Positions 12,916-26,300 are shown, counted from the stretch's first letter. The stretch is DNA of 64,000 bases from Octopus vulgaris (GCA_951406725.2 OX597817.1:133238001-133302000); one strand, 5' to 3'. Numbers and translations are program-made. The notes: generated from the sequence alone by a model not told the origin.

Positions 12916-13044
12916 GTATATATAATATGATATATATATTATATTATATATATATATGTATATATATACATATGTATATATAATATGATATATATATCAT
13001 ATATTATTTATATATATATATCATATTATATATATATATGTATA

Positions 13045-13076
<32 letters not shown>

Positions 13077-13121
13077 GATATATAGATATATATATGTATA
13101 TATATATATGTATATATATAT

Positions 13122-13214
<93 letters not shown>

Positions 13215-13227
13215 TAGATAGATAGAT

Positions 13228-13270
<43 letters not shown>
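12745..13270. repeat. Long (TA)n-rich compound microsatellite with internal ~60-bp duplications
   Basis: CATATGTATATATAATATGATATATATAT recurs three times. Confidence 0.9.
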
Positions 13271-13271
<1 letters not shown>

Positions 13272-13374
13272 TGCTTTTTACTGCACCTTCATTTTTCGTT
13301 CATGACAAGAGACTCCATCATATACATTGGCTCACATACACACACATATATATACGTACACACACACATGTATA

Positions 13375-14212
13375 CAGGGTCTGATTAATAAGTATCCGGA
13401 CTGTTGCCATAGTAACGAAGTTAAAGCACGCAGAGTAAAGCCACTTTACACAGATTGATCGTGAACTCTGCTCTGCATGTTCATTAAGTTTTAACGTTCT
13501 AGCTCACATCTGCTGATTACGATCGTCGTACGATCGTCGCATTGACCATCAGAGAGAAAGTTGAGCAAAGAAACTGCGACAAATTTTGGCAACAGTTTGG
13601 CGATACCTACTCAGAGGCATGCGAAAAGTTTTCAAAAGGTTTTCATCGTTCTCGACACAATCAAAGTGAACTTGTCCAACAGAAACCCAGTTGTCATTTT
13701 GGTCAGCTGAAAACAATGTTGTCACAAACTCATTGATACGCGTTTCACACCCAAATCTTGAGTAATAATAGATTGAACTGAGCCGTAACTAATCTGTACA
13801 TCCTCTGATAACTCACGGATGGCGATTCGACGATTTCCTCTCACAGTTTCACGCACAACCGTGATGTTTTTCTCAGTACTACCGGTTGCGTCAATATCGA
13901 CATTTTTTCGGCCATCTTGGAAACGTCTGAACCACTCATACACTTGTGTACGGCTCATACACTCCTCTCAATGCACTTTCTGTAACTTTGCGAAGGCTTC
14001 TCAGCAGGTATCACCATGACAACTCTCTGTCATGGTCAATGTGATGATCGCACGCTACACACCTTCCTTCCAAGCACTGCTATAAACAGCACAAGTGATC
14101 TACAACGTTGAAGCTTTGTGCACATTCACAACAGAGTTCAAGGTTAATCTTTACCAAGTGGCTTTACTCTGCGTGCTTTAGATTTGTTAATATGGCAACA
14201 GCCGGATACTTA
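13375..14212 (-). mobile_element. Internally deleted mariner element with expanded (~250-bp) inverted ends
   Basis: ORF 13722-13958 MSRTQVYEWFRRFQDGR..VRETVRGNRRIAIRELSEDVQISYGSVQSIITQDLGVKRV is a mariner HTH. TA|CAGGGTCTGATTAATAAGTATCCGGACTGTTGCCATA is mirrored by TATGGCAACAGCCGGATACTTA. Confidence 0.85.
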
Positions 14213-14540
14213 AGAGAAGGACGAGATACATTGAGAGAAGGACGAGATGGACGCTTCATTTTTGTGCTGTTGCCGCATTATGTCGTACGCGAATGAGAGG
14301 ATTTGTATCCCCAACGTAGAATTTTTGATGTAATACATGTCCTTGAGGTAGTAATTGTGCGCGGCTGAAGAAGGCCATAGACACACATTATGCATTGTTA
14401 TAAATCCGTCTAATAAAGGCCCGAAACATATGTACCGCTGAATCCTTGGCATCATGTTTTTATTTTGATTAATTTACTCCACCACCTACATCACCAAACT
14501 GTATATACAGGTGCTTACAATTATCAAGTACTCACCCTGA

Positions 14541-14619
<79 letters not shown>

Positions 14620-14629
14620 CATACATACA

Positions 14630-14697
<68 letters not shown>

Positions 14698-14879
14698 TTA
14701 CCTCTTGCTAACCATCTACTACTACTACTAATCCTACTGCTGCTGCTGCTAATGATGATAAATGCGGGGGCCCCTGTATGAAGATTAGTGGTTAAAAATA
14801 AATATATAACACAAACATAGAAAAAAAAGAAAAATTTAACATTACTTGAAAAGGTAGTGGGTAGCAAACTTCTTCACTA

Positions 14880-15077
14880 CTTCAGGGAGTGACGACCCTG
14901 CCTGACACGATTTTCGGGATCAGCTGGCTCCGGCTGACAGTACCCGGTATGGCCCCCTATCCAGGGTTACGGAAGGGAGACAACCTTCAAAGAAATCCGG
15001 AGTGGAGCCCCGAAGGCGGTTTAGTGTTCGACTCGACACTCTTCCGGCAGCTCCTGCAACCAAGCTGGTGCCAAACA
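14880..15077 (+). mobile_element. GC-rich interspersed repeat fragment, possibly a LINE 5' UTR
   Basis: Abrupt GC-rich island among microsatellites; family not identified. Confidence 0.3.
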
Positions 15078-15087
15078 TAATATATAT

Positions 15088-15161
<74 letters not shown>

Positions 15162-15330
15162 TCATGCGTGTATATGTTTGTATATGAGTATAGGGGCGCA
15201 TGTAAGTATACATATATGTATATACGCACGTATATATGTATGTGTGTAACTATATAGATATATAGATATATACACATACATATATATACATACTTACACT
15301 CTCAAAGTCGTACACACATAGATGAGTACA

Positions 15331-15375
15331 GATCGCTGATGAAGCTCAACTAAGCCGAAATACATCTGGCGTTCT
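15331..15375 (+). ncRNA. Degenerate type I hammerhead ribozyme motif (Penelope-type)
   Basis: CTGATGA (15336-15342), short stem GCT..AGC, GAAA (15357-15360), then TACATC. Confidence 0.4.
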
Positions 15376-15791
15376 CAGTAAGCGCTGCTCGGAAAACTCG
15401 TTTCCATCAGATATATATTGGGATTTTAAACACATCACAAACATAAGCGACGTTTTCTCGGACGAATACCACAGTAACGTGCCTTTCACCGATACATATA
15501 AAGTACGATACATAGCTGGCTATTTCAATTTAATACGGCTTCAATTGCGCATGAATGATATTTATTCAGCCGGGTGGCTATTCTATTATGGGATGTTTTA
15601 TGCACTGTTTACTAAATCGGAGCTGACAAATCTCGTCTAGACTCGTGTCTGGATCGAAATGCAACTTGTGTCCTTGCTAGCCGCTTCTAGGCAGATTGTT
15701 AGTCTCCTTCCGACATGTACTGTGTTTTTAAACATGTCACGTCCATAACAGATGGTATGTCAGAGGAAGACCGCACTAACTTGACTTTCAG

Positions 15792-15869
<78 letters not shown>

Positions 15870-16016
15870 CTGTGTCTGGGAAGACTCATTCTGTCTTATT
15901 GATTAACACACGCATCGGTTCGATTTCCATTCCTCAATGCTTTATTAAGGAACGAAAATTTTAGAAAAAAATAAATAAGTAAACGAGTGGAAACCAAATA
16001 CAATTTATATATATGT

Positions 16017-16063
<47 letters not shown>

Positions 16064-17048
16064 CAGGGAGTGGACAAATAATGGAAACACCTAGCATTAT
16101 AGCATCATACTTGTGAAAAATTTTTTAAAAATCGTCAAAAGCTTCTTAATTTTTAGCAGGCGCTAGCGTAATGAAAACAGCCGAAATGTTTGGTGTATCA
16201 AGAAGTACTGTCTCGAAAGTAATTACAGCCTTTGAAAAAGAGGGAAAAGCTTCCTCGTCAAAACAAAACTCCGGAGGGAAACCAAAATTTTCAGATAGGG
16301 ACCGTTGGACTCTTACGCAAATTGTTAGAAAGGATCACAAAAGTACAGCTCCCAAAATTACTGCAGAGCTTAATGACCACCTCGGGAACACAGTTTCCAC
16401 AAATATTGTTTGCCGGGAGTTGCACAAAGCCTGGTTTCACTACTTTCAAAAACAAACGTTGCAAAGCGTTTAGAGTGGAATAAAAACCTACAGAATTGGT
16501 CCCTAGAGCAGTGAGAAAATGTTATCTTCTCGGAGGAGGATCTGTGATGATCTAGAAGGGCTATATCTTGGAAACCCGCCGGCTCAATGCTTTTCCTTCA
16601 TAGCAGAATTAACAGTCAAGACTATTTAAGCATTTTATCTGATCAAATTCATCCTGTGGTTGTGGAACTGTCTCCGAAGGGAAATGCAATCTTTCAGGAT
16701 GATAATGCACCAATTCATACAGCTAAAGTTGTTACTGAATGGCACGAGGAACATTCTAGTGACGTTGAATATCTTATCCACAGTCTCCAGAACTCAATAT
16801 TATTGAACATTTATGGTACATTTTAGAAAAACAAGTAAGGAGTGAATACCTTCCACCATCATCACTAAAAGAACTGGAGAATGTTTTAGCTGAAGAATGG
16901 ACAAAAATTACTTTCGAAACAATTCAAACTTTATACAAGTCCATACTTCGTAGAATTCAAGATGTAATTACAACCAAAGGCAGTCCTACCACATATTGAT
17001 ATAAATTTGTTTGAAATTTTAAAGTGTTTCCATTATTTTGTCCAACCC

Positions 17049-17051
<3 letters not shown>
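16064..17051 (+). mobile_element. Tc1-family DNA transposon, internally deleted, with pseudogenised DD34E transposase
   Basis: TIRs CAGGGAGTGGACAAATAATGGAAACAC / GTGTTTCCATTATTTTGTCCAACCCCTG with TA on both sides. HTH ORF 16171-16473 plus VIFSEE, FQDDNAPIH and SPELNIIEHLW motifs. Confidence 0.93.
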
Positions 17052-17111
<60 letters not shown>

Positions 17112-17479
17112 AGAAATTAAAGAAGGCAAGATGCACACACTTTACATAGTTTTGTTACAAATTTTGATATATCTTATATTGTGTTTGTCGACCAGTTTCC
17201 CTTTCGCTAATCATGACATTAAATTTTTATTTGAATACGTATTTTCTTAATAAAAATCTTTTTGTCCATGTTGTATGTGGAGTTTATGAATGAATGATTC
17301 AGCATGTAGAAAAATCTAGAGGGGGGTAATTAATTATCGTTATTATTGTGGACAAGGGAGATAATGGTTCATCTTTCGGTCGGTGGGGAATATGCACAAA
17401 AATTCAAAAAGTTAGAGTAGTAGGAAGAAATATATACAGTGATGTGTATATAATCGTGAATTAAAATATGTATAGAGAT

Positions 17480-17900
17480 CAAAGTTGGTTGTGCGTGCAT
17501 ATTTAGACGTGTTCTGTATTTTTCAATGAATAATTTTTTTTATTTAAACGTTCTTGTATAGAAATTGCATCTTTGGAAGGGGAAAACTGTGGAATTTGGT
17601 TTGATGTTACCTGAACATCTCTCTATGTGTTTACTGTATTGCGGGAACCGGATCTGCTCTTTATGTAAAGTGGCTCTCCGCCTCAATGTCATATTCGTCT
17701 GTCCTATATAGTGATTCCCCAAACCGAGCAGGTTATTACATAAATTAGATTCTCAGAGGCAAAAGTGAAGTTGGTTTTAATTGTGAAACTCGCTCCTTGT
17801 TTGGAAAGTTGAAAAGTTGAGTTTCTTCGTTGAGGAGTGGAGGAAGTCTCTTGGACGTTTCTATTTACTGGGGAGAAAAAATTACTCATAACCCTCGGTT
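17480..17900 (-). mobile_element. Penelope-like element remnant (GIY-YIG endonuclease)
   Basis: FTIKTNFTFASENLIYVITCSV followed by GNHYIGQTNMTLRRRATLHKEQIR..SKHIERC, across a frameshift. Confidence 0.8.
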
Positions 17901-17914
17901 AGTTTCTTCTGTTT

Positions 17915-18136
17915 TTACTCTTTACTCTTTTACTTGTTTCAGTCTTTTGACTGCGGCCATGGTGGAGCACCACCTTTAATCGAGCAACTCGACCCCGGGA
18001 CTTATTCTTTTTGTAAGCCCAGTACTTATTCTATCGGTCTCTTTTGCCGAACCGCTAAGTAACGGGGACATAAACACACCAGCATCGGTTGTCAAGCAAT
18101 GCTAGGGGGACAAACACAGACACACAAACACACACA

Positions 18137-18175
<39 letters not shown>

Positions 18176-18340
18176 GACGGGCTTCTTTTCAGTTTGCGTC
18201 TACCAAATCAACTCACAAGGCTTTGGTCGGCCCGAGGCTATAGTAGAAGACACTTGCCCAAGGTGCCACGCAGTGGGACGGAACCCGGAACCATGTGGTT
18301 GGTAAAGAAGCTACTTACCACACAGCCACTCCTGCGCCTA
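17915..18340 (-). mobile_element. Full-length SINE family B (tRNA head, CORE-like segment, internal (TA)/(TG) microsatellite, 3' tail)
   Basis: Reverse complement of 58482-58965: GGCGCAGGAGTGGCTG..CCTTGGGCAAGTG..GAAACAAGTAAAAGAGTAAAAGAG. Confidence 0.85.
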
Positions 18341-18542
18341 TATTTCTTATTAGTGACTTGTCCCTATTACTATACTGAGAATGGTTTCCTTCTAGGCGAG
18401 AAGTCAGTTTTGTGTGTTTGTGTTCTTTTAGATGTTTATAGTTTGATCTAGGTGGACGTATATTTAATTCTGTAGATATACTTGTTCTAGATTTTTTCAG
18501 GAAAGGGTTATCTGAAGTGTAGTCTCTTTTAAACTGACCTAC

Positions 18543-18594
<52 letters not shown>

Positions 18595-18597
<3 letters not shown>

Positions 18598-18800
18598 TTT
18601 CAAATTTTGGCACAAGGCCAGCAATTTCGAGAGAGTGGTAAGTCGATTATATTGACCTCAGTGCTCCAGTGGTATTTCTCTTATCGACCCTGAAAGAATA
18701 AAAGGCAAAGCCGACCTCGGTGGAATTTGAACTCTGAATGTGAAGACCGACTAGATGTTGCTAAGCATTTCGTCTGGCGTCCTAACGATTCTGCCACCTT
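18595..18800 (-). mobile_element. SINE family A copy
   Basis: ATCGACCCTGAAAGAATAAAAGGCAAAGCCGACCTCGGTGGAATTTGAACTC is the reverse complement of the family A core. Confidence 0.75.
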
Positions 18801-19494
18801 CGACTTCAATAAATATACCATGTGTGATACATAGATGGTTCTATCGATAAATATTTATGTGTGAGTGTGTGTGTGTGTGTGCATGCGTGTACCTGCGTAT
18901 GTATGTGTGCGAGTCTGTGTGCGTATGTATGTGTGAGTGTGGGTGTGTGTGTATATGTGTGTGTGTGTGTCTGTCTGTGTGTCTGTGTCAATACGTATAT
19001 AGCATTTTACTCAGAACAGAAAGCATTACCTACGTGCCATCTCAGAGTCTCCATCACTACCGTCGGGTAAGGTGGGTTCGACCTTTATACCGGGAGCCTG
19101 GCGGACACCGCTAAAGTCATCCAAGGTGCTACACATCGGTGTGAAACTGGGCAACGAGTCACGTCTCCCACACATCTAGACCCTAACACGAGTTGAACTC
19201 CAAACGACAAGTTATCTTGTTCCACATTCTTACATCTGGACGGATTATTTTGGAGGTCCTTCTTGCACCGTGTATTGAGTTCTTCTTTCAGATAACGTTT
19301 GTATTAAATATATTTTTATAAACTTATGGATGTGAGTGCACGTATGTGCTATGAATATATAGTCATGTGTGTGTATTTGTATACATGTGTGTACATGGGA
19401 ATATATATATATGTGTATATGAATAAACACCTTTTGTGTGTGTGTGTGTGTGTGTGCGTGATGTATGTGTGCGCGTGTGTATGAATATATACGC

Positions 19495-19518
19495 AGATAG
19501 ATAGATAGATAGATAGAC

Positions 19519-19610
<92 letters not shown>

Positions 19611-19852
19611 TGACAGATAGACAGACAGATAGAGAGACAAATAGATAAATAGATAGATAAATACATACATACATACGTGCATAAAAAAATTATATTTATT
19701 ATTTTTAAACAAGAATATCATTCACAGTGACTTCGAAGTTTCGGCAGTGCATGCATATATATATATATATATATGATATAATAAAAATTGGCATATATGT
19801 ATACATACATATATGCATAAGTACTTACAGATACACAGTATGTACATGTATG

Positions 19853-19900
<48 letters not shown>

Positions 19901-20010
19901 CATACACACATACATACATACATACATGCATGCATACATACATACATACATACATACATACATACATACATACATACATACATACATACATACATACATA
20001 CATACATACA
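19495..20010. repeat. (GATA)n, (TA)n and (CATA)n microsatellites
   Basis: Read directly. Confidence 0.9.
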
Positions 20011-20829
20011 TGTGTGTGTTTGTGTGGGTGTGATTAATTTAGAAAGAGAAGAATCGGAAAGAATTAAAAACTATGTTTACAGCAATGATATATGGAAGTA
20101 GTGCGACATATATGTGTGTGTGTAAACAGCAGGAAAAACGGTGAGAAGATTTAGAAATAGATTATTCACCTATTCTATTACAGCACCATCAAATTACGAA
20201 TTGCCGAAGGTAAAATCTGTTACCAGAAGCCATCATTTTAAGTTGTACGTTTTTGAGTTCCAGCTACATCAAAACCTAACGAACCATCAGAAAATCACTG
20301 AGCCAGCCTAACACTTTCGATTAGCCTGAAGGCAACGTAGTGACTTATCAAAGAATTTTTATGAAGAGAAAACTGTGTTTTGGACTTGGTGTTGGCACAA
20401 CTGTTAGAACACTAAACATGATTCGCTGAATTTATTCTCTTTTCTTTCTGAGTTCGAATGTCTCTAGTGTGTCGCGTTCATATCTTATTCCTCGTGGATC
20501 TAGAATATGAAAATATATAATACTCATTTTATTCAGCATTTTCTCTTCCTGCTGTCCCAAACATATGGTAGGAACCGTAAATACCGGCGTCATTCATTTA
20601 TTTCTTGGTAGAATCGACTTCGTTATTCATTGCTTCCAAAATAAATACTTCGTCAATGTTGTTATTGATCGCAGTGGTTATATTAGTCATTTACAAAGTT
20701 GTAATCATGCCTCTCTATGATGTATTTCAAACCGTTGGGTTTGACATCCGACAAAAGAAGATAATACGAATAAATTTCATGTTCTGAGGTCCACAAATTT
20801 ATTCTTATACTTATACGTGTACCACCCAC

Positions 20830-21050
20830 AGAGGAGAAAGCTAACGTTTCGGGTAAGTCTCATTCGTCAGAGAGATAAATTGCTTTTGATTTTTCGTGAT
20901 ACAAAGTAGGAAATAAAATGAATAAATTTCATTTCGTAAAGTTCACAGATTTACTTACGTTCGTATATCGTTAATAGAGGAAAATACTGACGTTTCGGAC
21001 AAGTCTCATTTATCAGAGAGAGGAATTGGTTTTAATGTTTCATAATAACA
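20830..21050 (-). repeat. Two ~146-nt-spaced direct repeats, each with a hammerhead-like core
   Basis: Minus strand CTGACGA..GAAACGTT (20843-20870) and CTGATAA..GAAACGTC (20989-21016). Confidence 0.55.
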
Positions 21051-21354
21051 CCAAGCATGTGCTACTATCTTTCATATTACTCTGTTTGTTACGATGTTTC
21101 TTCCACCGTTACTCAACCAACAACCTTTAAAATACAGAATACCTTTAACAAACAAATATCTATTAATGTTTATGCCAAAAATATATCTGAATGCATAACT
21201 TCAGTGTTCGCTTCCTCAGTTAGGAAGTAGATCAGTCTTTGATTCTTGTGTTATGAAGTAGGACTCTTTTAGGAAGTAAGGCTTTTTTTGCTGATAAAAG
21301 TGATGTGTGAGATAACTAATGGTGGTCTATGTAGGGAGAAATAATTTGATAAAG

Positions 21355-21500
21355 GAGGCGGTGAGACGGAAGAATCGTATGACTGTCGGATAGAATTCCT
21401 TGCCATGTTTATCTTCTGGATTCTGAGTTCAAATCCAGCCGAGGTAAAATTTACTTTTCATTTCTTCGGGGTCGATAAATAAAGTACTAGTCAAGTACTG
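21355..21500 (+). mobile_element. SINE family A copy
   Basis: TTCTGAGTTCAAATCCAGCCGAGG..TTCGGGGTCGATAAATAAAGTACTAG. Confidence 0.7.
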
Positions 21501-22386
21501 AATCAAGTTTCTCGTTCCTCTGTTTTGATGATTCTTACATCGCAGCGGCACAACAAGCACCAGCTTTGTCTTTGGACGCAACAGGAAAGATTTAAGTCGG
21601 TACAAAGTGAAGAAAGAAAGAAGCCTGATGCCTTGAACAGAGAACTGTGTAAGAGGGAAACAAAAATTGCTGGAAGAATTTGCGTCGAAGGAATATAAGA
21701 CGCGGAGTGGGAAAGAGAGAGGAATGAGGAAATAAAGAGGAGAGAGCTGTGTTGATAGAGGGAGCTGAGCTGGGTCGAAAGGTGAAATATTACGTGGAAA
21801 GACAAAATAAATATGGAGAGATATGTCAGTGGGGCCGAATTGGACAATCTAGATGTCAAATACACATTAGGCAGGGTCTGACGTAACTAATGTAGTGAGT
21901 TGAGGTAAATCTATTCGATGAGATTATTGAAACAATAAGTAGAAAAAAACTCCCTCTTTAAGATGTAAACGCAAAATTCTGAAATAACTCAAAAACAATC
22001 AGCTGATCGAAAAGTTTGGACACTGAAATAAGCTGCTGTTGTTGTGATTGTTGTTACAGTTGTTACCTTTGGTGGTGGAATTTAACCCTAGGTCATCTGT
22101 ATCTAATAAAACATATCGAGACTGTTCCAGCTTGACTATTCAATATTTTTGGTGATGGGAGTTTTTAGCCCCAGGATAGACTTACTAGTAAACATATGAT
22201 CTGAAATGCTTTAGCTGTGACTGTCCACAATTTTATCCAGAAACTCTATATCACTGACTACAGTATGCTCTGTATCATCCTTCATTTTCTAAAGACAGTA
22301 GGGTGTTGTTTGGGGGTGAATTCGCTGTTATTTCTAGAAAGTCAAGTGATTGTGTGGATGTTCCATCGATAGTTCGTAAAGCATAC

Positions 22387-22597
22387 CGTCATTCCCAGCA
22401 AATCTAACGAAGTAGCTGTGACTATGAATCGAAACCTTTCCGATTCAGTTCGCTGTGAATTTGTAGAATTGAATCCCGACAAGGATAATAACCGTATGTG
22501 GCATAGATCCATGAGTGAGCTGGCTTCAGCTATCATATCACTACGATCACTGTTATCGTCGTCGTGGACTGGAGCCCATCTTGCATATCGTCAAATC
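22387..22597 (-). CDS. Candidate host exon (unidentified)
   Basis: Non-repetitive, balanced composition; acceptor TTTTCAG|G and donor ACG|GTATGC; open frame MIAEASSLMDLCHIRLLSLSGFNSTNSQRTESERFRFIVTATSLDLLGMT from 22536. No recognisable domain. Confidence 0.25.
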
Positions 22598-22732
22598 CTG
22601 AAAACGATGGTTTTGGCAGTCTTACATTCACTCTGGGTAGCAGAAAAATAAATTATATATTGCTGTTGTCTGTCCAAGAAAAGAAGTGCCAAAGTTGAAA
22701 TATGTTGTTTGATCAAAAGCAGAAAAATGCTT

Positions 22733-22950
22733 TTAACAGTTATCACTAAGCTAATATGGCAGTCCATAAATATAAGACTAAAGCTGCCGTTGATTAGCTC
22801 TAAGAGGTGATGGCCTCTTTGAGCTAATCAACGGCAGCTTTAGTCTTATATTATGGACTGCCATATTAGCTTGGCGATAACTGTTAATTTCCAGTACCGC
22901 TGCCGTAGTCTCCTTTAGAGAGACTTAGAAATAATAATATTTCTTATGTT
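22733..22950. mobile_element. Hairpin insertion element with 12-bp target-site duplication
   Basis: 22733-22887 is a near-perfect palindrome; AGAAAAATGCTT occurs at 22721-22732 and 22951-22962. Confidence 0.75.
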
Positions 22951-23743
22951 AGAAAAATGCTTGTTTACAACACTGGAATTTAATGAGCTAAACATCTGCA
23001 GGGTCCATTGTAGTTTTTACTGGTCAAACTAGCTACTGATAAAAAGAATTCTTAATCTGCTTATCAAACTTGAATGGGTGTCATCAGTCCTTTGTAGATT
23101 TTTGTTTGTTTTGGTTACCTTAACGTGTAAACACAATGATTTGGATTCGATTTCCAGAAAGGGAGTTAGTGTTTGGGACTCTGACAAATATCCCTGTTAC
23201 AAATTTAATGCTATCCAAAAGTAGCAAACCGCGATAGCTTGTAACCTGTTTCTTCCTTTAGAACACAAAGCCTGATATTGAAAGATGTGTGTAAATATAG
23301 ACAATTGATAAGTGTGTGTATCAAGTTGATCGAGTCTACCACAACATATAACTGATACTCAGACCCTACCATCTGAGAATTTAATGCTTTTGATAACGTG
23401 GTCCTTTTCTCTCTTGTGGAAATAAATTCATTAACACTAATGACCTTTCAATTCATTAAAGTTATAATTATCATTGATTAAAAATTATTTACAGTTCACC
23501 GCCTTAAGTCTTGTAGATTACTTGTAATTACTAAGAATGGTGAGAGAGAGTTGTGGATTTCTGACAGTGTGGAGGTGAGTGTGTATTTCAAAAGTATATG
23601 AATATGTCTTTCGTTATGTCTATGAGGTGACGTGTGTCTGTGTGTAGCAGTGTGTGTACGAAAGAGTCAAAATTGAAGTGTATATATGTGTTTATCTGTT
23701 TGTGTCCATGTGACAATATACATACATATATACATATATATAA

Positions 23744-23805
<62 letters not shown>

Positions 23806-24057
23806 CAATTATGCGAATAAACAAATTAGATACATTAGCTATCTTAAATATATTAGATATAATAACTCGGGTATGAAACACGAAATATGTATATATGTAT
23901 ACATGCAAAGTGTAATGTTAATTGCATCCATTACGGCCGCATATTGCGATGAACTACATCTACTAATATCATTATGAATCTCCGAGCCCCCAGAAACAGC
24001 TGTTGGACCTATCTATGTATGTATGTATGTATGTATGTATGTATGTATGTATGTTTA

Positions 24058-24608
24058 TGTCAGGTCACTTTCGAGTGCTAATGGTAACATGTAACCCAGT
24101 ACAACCTATTGCATGGTCGGGTCGTCGGCGACTAAACCGGCAACCCCATCAAGCTTGCTTGGTGAGGAGGGTGTTTATTGGACACCCTGCGGGATGAAAA
24201 ACAAAACCCGTCAAAGGGCGGAGGATCTCCTGAGAATCAACGGCCATCCAATAAATGTCTTAAGGCTGTATCATACGCGGGGACATAGAAATAATCGGAC
24301 TGAATACCTGATCGCGCGGTTAAACCATTGGGAGTGATGGACCCTTAGCCTTTGTTAGGGCATCCTTCTAGGAGAAGGTAACTCAGGTTACTGGGATAAC
24401 TCCGACATAAACCTGCGGCACAGTGGTTACCGATGATGTTGACTTGTTCTTATTTTCGGATTATGGCTACTGTTGCTTAGTGAGTGGGATTGACTCAGTG
24501 CACAGCCTTTCCTCACTTTAAAAAATCTTCTTGCACAGGCATTGCACGATAACAACATTGATTAAGCTTCGTGCAATGGCCATACTCGATAATGAGGGGG
24601 CAGCCACC

Positions 24609-24610
<2 letters not shown>
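24058..24610 (+). mobile_element. GC-rich repeat, probably an RTE-type LINE 5' region or derived non-autonomous element
   Basis: AGGGCATCCTTCTAGGAGAAGGTAACTC resembles a motif recurrent in RTE 5' regions (from recollection); embedded in (TATG)n on both sides. Confidence 0.4.
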
Positions 24611-24641
<31 letters not shown>

Positions 24642-25399
24642 TATATGTATGTATGTATATATGTATGTATGTATGTATGTATGTAATTGTCGAACTAGGA
24701 AAATGAGTGCCCAATACCGCACTGGTGGATAGAATTTCTACGAATAACAAAATAAACAGACAAGAGGCCGTGTGGTAGTACCTGTGTGCGTATAAGTTTG
24801 TGCTTGTTCGAGTGATGTACAATTCCTGGCATGGCCAGGAATTGAATGCTGGCCCTTACGATCGTGAGCTACATCCCGTAACCACTAAGCCATGCGCCCT
24901 CACACACACTCACACACTCACGCACACAGATTAAGATATGATAACAGAGGATGGAGAGTTTCATATCTTAAACAAAAATCATTCAATAAAAGTCAATTTG
25001 ATCATATTACATTCCGCTGAACGAATGTCTTAGCGTCCTTTAAAATAATAGTTTTGTGAATTTAACTGATTTAAATGAAACCAATCGTTGTGCACATTCT
25101 AATCCAAAGGTTGACAAGATCAAAACGTGTACTGTATTTGGTTTAATATACATCGATTAAATGCACAAAAGTATTATATGAGAAAACCCTAAGACATTTA
25201 TTCAGTAGAAACACGTGTAGAAATGTAATATGAAGAAAACGACTTTTATTAAACAAATTTTAAAGGATCTTCACCCTACTTACACCAAACGCTTCGTCCT
25301 CTTTTCACAGTGTCTTTATCTTCTGTGCCGTAACATCAGTGATTATGACTTCGAGGTTCTCTTCATACAACATGGTTATACATCTTTCCTAATCCAAGT

Positions 25400-26300
25400 G
25401 GCCCTCTCCCGTGACAGTAACGTTGATAACACTTCAGTCTTGTATCCTGCATCTGGAATCCTACCACCACCCTGTTCTTTTTCTCTTACCTACCAGCCTA
25501 CCATCCTGCTTCTACAATGCACCATTCGCAGACTTTTTCACACCTACGACTGACCCTTCCACCTTTCACTTTTTCCTCCTCAGATCCCTTCTCTCTATTA
25601 AATGTGCCCACAAACTTCACAGCACCTTCTTCTGTAATTTGCCTTCCCCCACACCCCGCCATCTTCACGTATCAATTCCTTATCCTCATCCCCACTGCTA
25701 CGCATGCACTTTCCTTTCAAACACCGCCACCCTCACCGGGCACAACAATTTACCGTTCACATTAGGAACACTTTCCATAGCACATTTAATAACCTGATAT
25801 GCGAACTCTAACGCTCTCGCTGCAATTTGGTCTTTATTGTTGCCAACTAGCCAACTGGTTCGTGGAGCACCTCAGAAACATCCGAGATGGCAACAGGTTA
25901 CCTATCTCTTAATATTTCCAGTCCACCGATTACTATTCCTGCCTATCACACTCGAATCCCATCACATTTGCCTCAAAAGGGAACAGGAGCTCATCTAACC
26001 TGATATCTGTTCTCCAATGTTGCCCCCGTAATTTTATCTACATTAGAAAAACTAACTGCCGATTAGTTGACATTCGTAGAGCACCTCAGAGACATCCGAC
26101 TTGGCAAAACATCGTCTCTCTCTCGACATATCTGCTCTGCCGACCTTTCTCCCAAACACTACTTGGTCTTCGACGTCGCTACTACTCCTAGATCTTTTTG
26201 GACTCGCTATCAGAGAGAATAGGACCTTATATTTTACTCCAATTTCACACACCTTTCGGTCTCAATTCTCCACCTCAATTCTTCAAACTTTTTTCCCACC
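25400..26300 (+). mobile_element. Decayed Penelope-like element with two GIY-YIG remnants
   Basis: PHCYAC zinc motif near 25690; NLI..SRCNLVFI..WFVEHLRNIR (~25790-25885) and SNLISVLQCCPRNFIYIRKTNCRL..EHLRDIR (~25993-26100). Confidence 0.65.
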
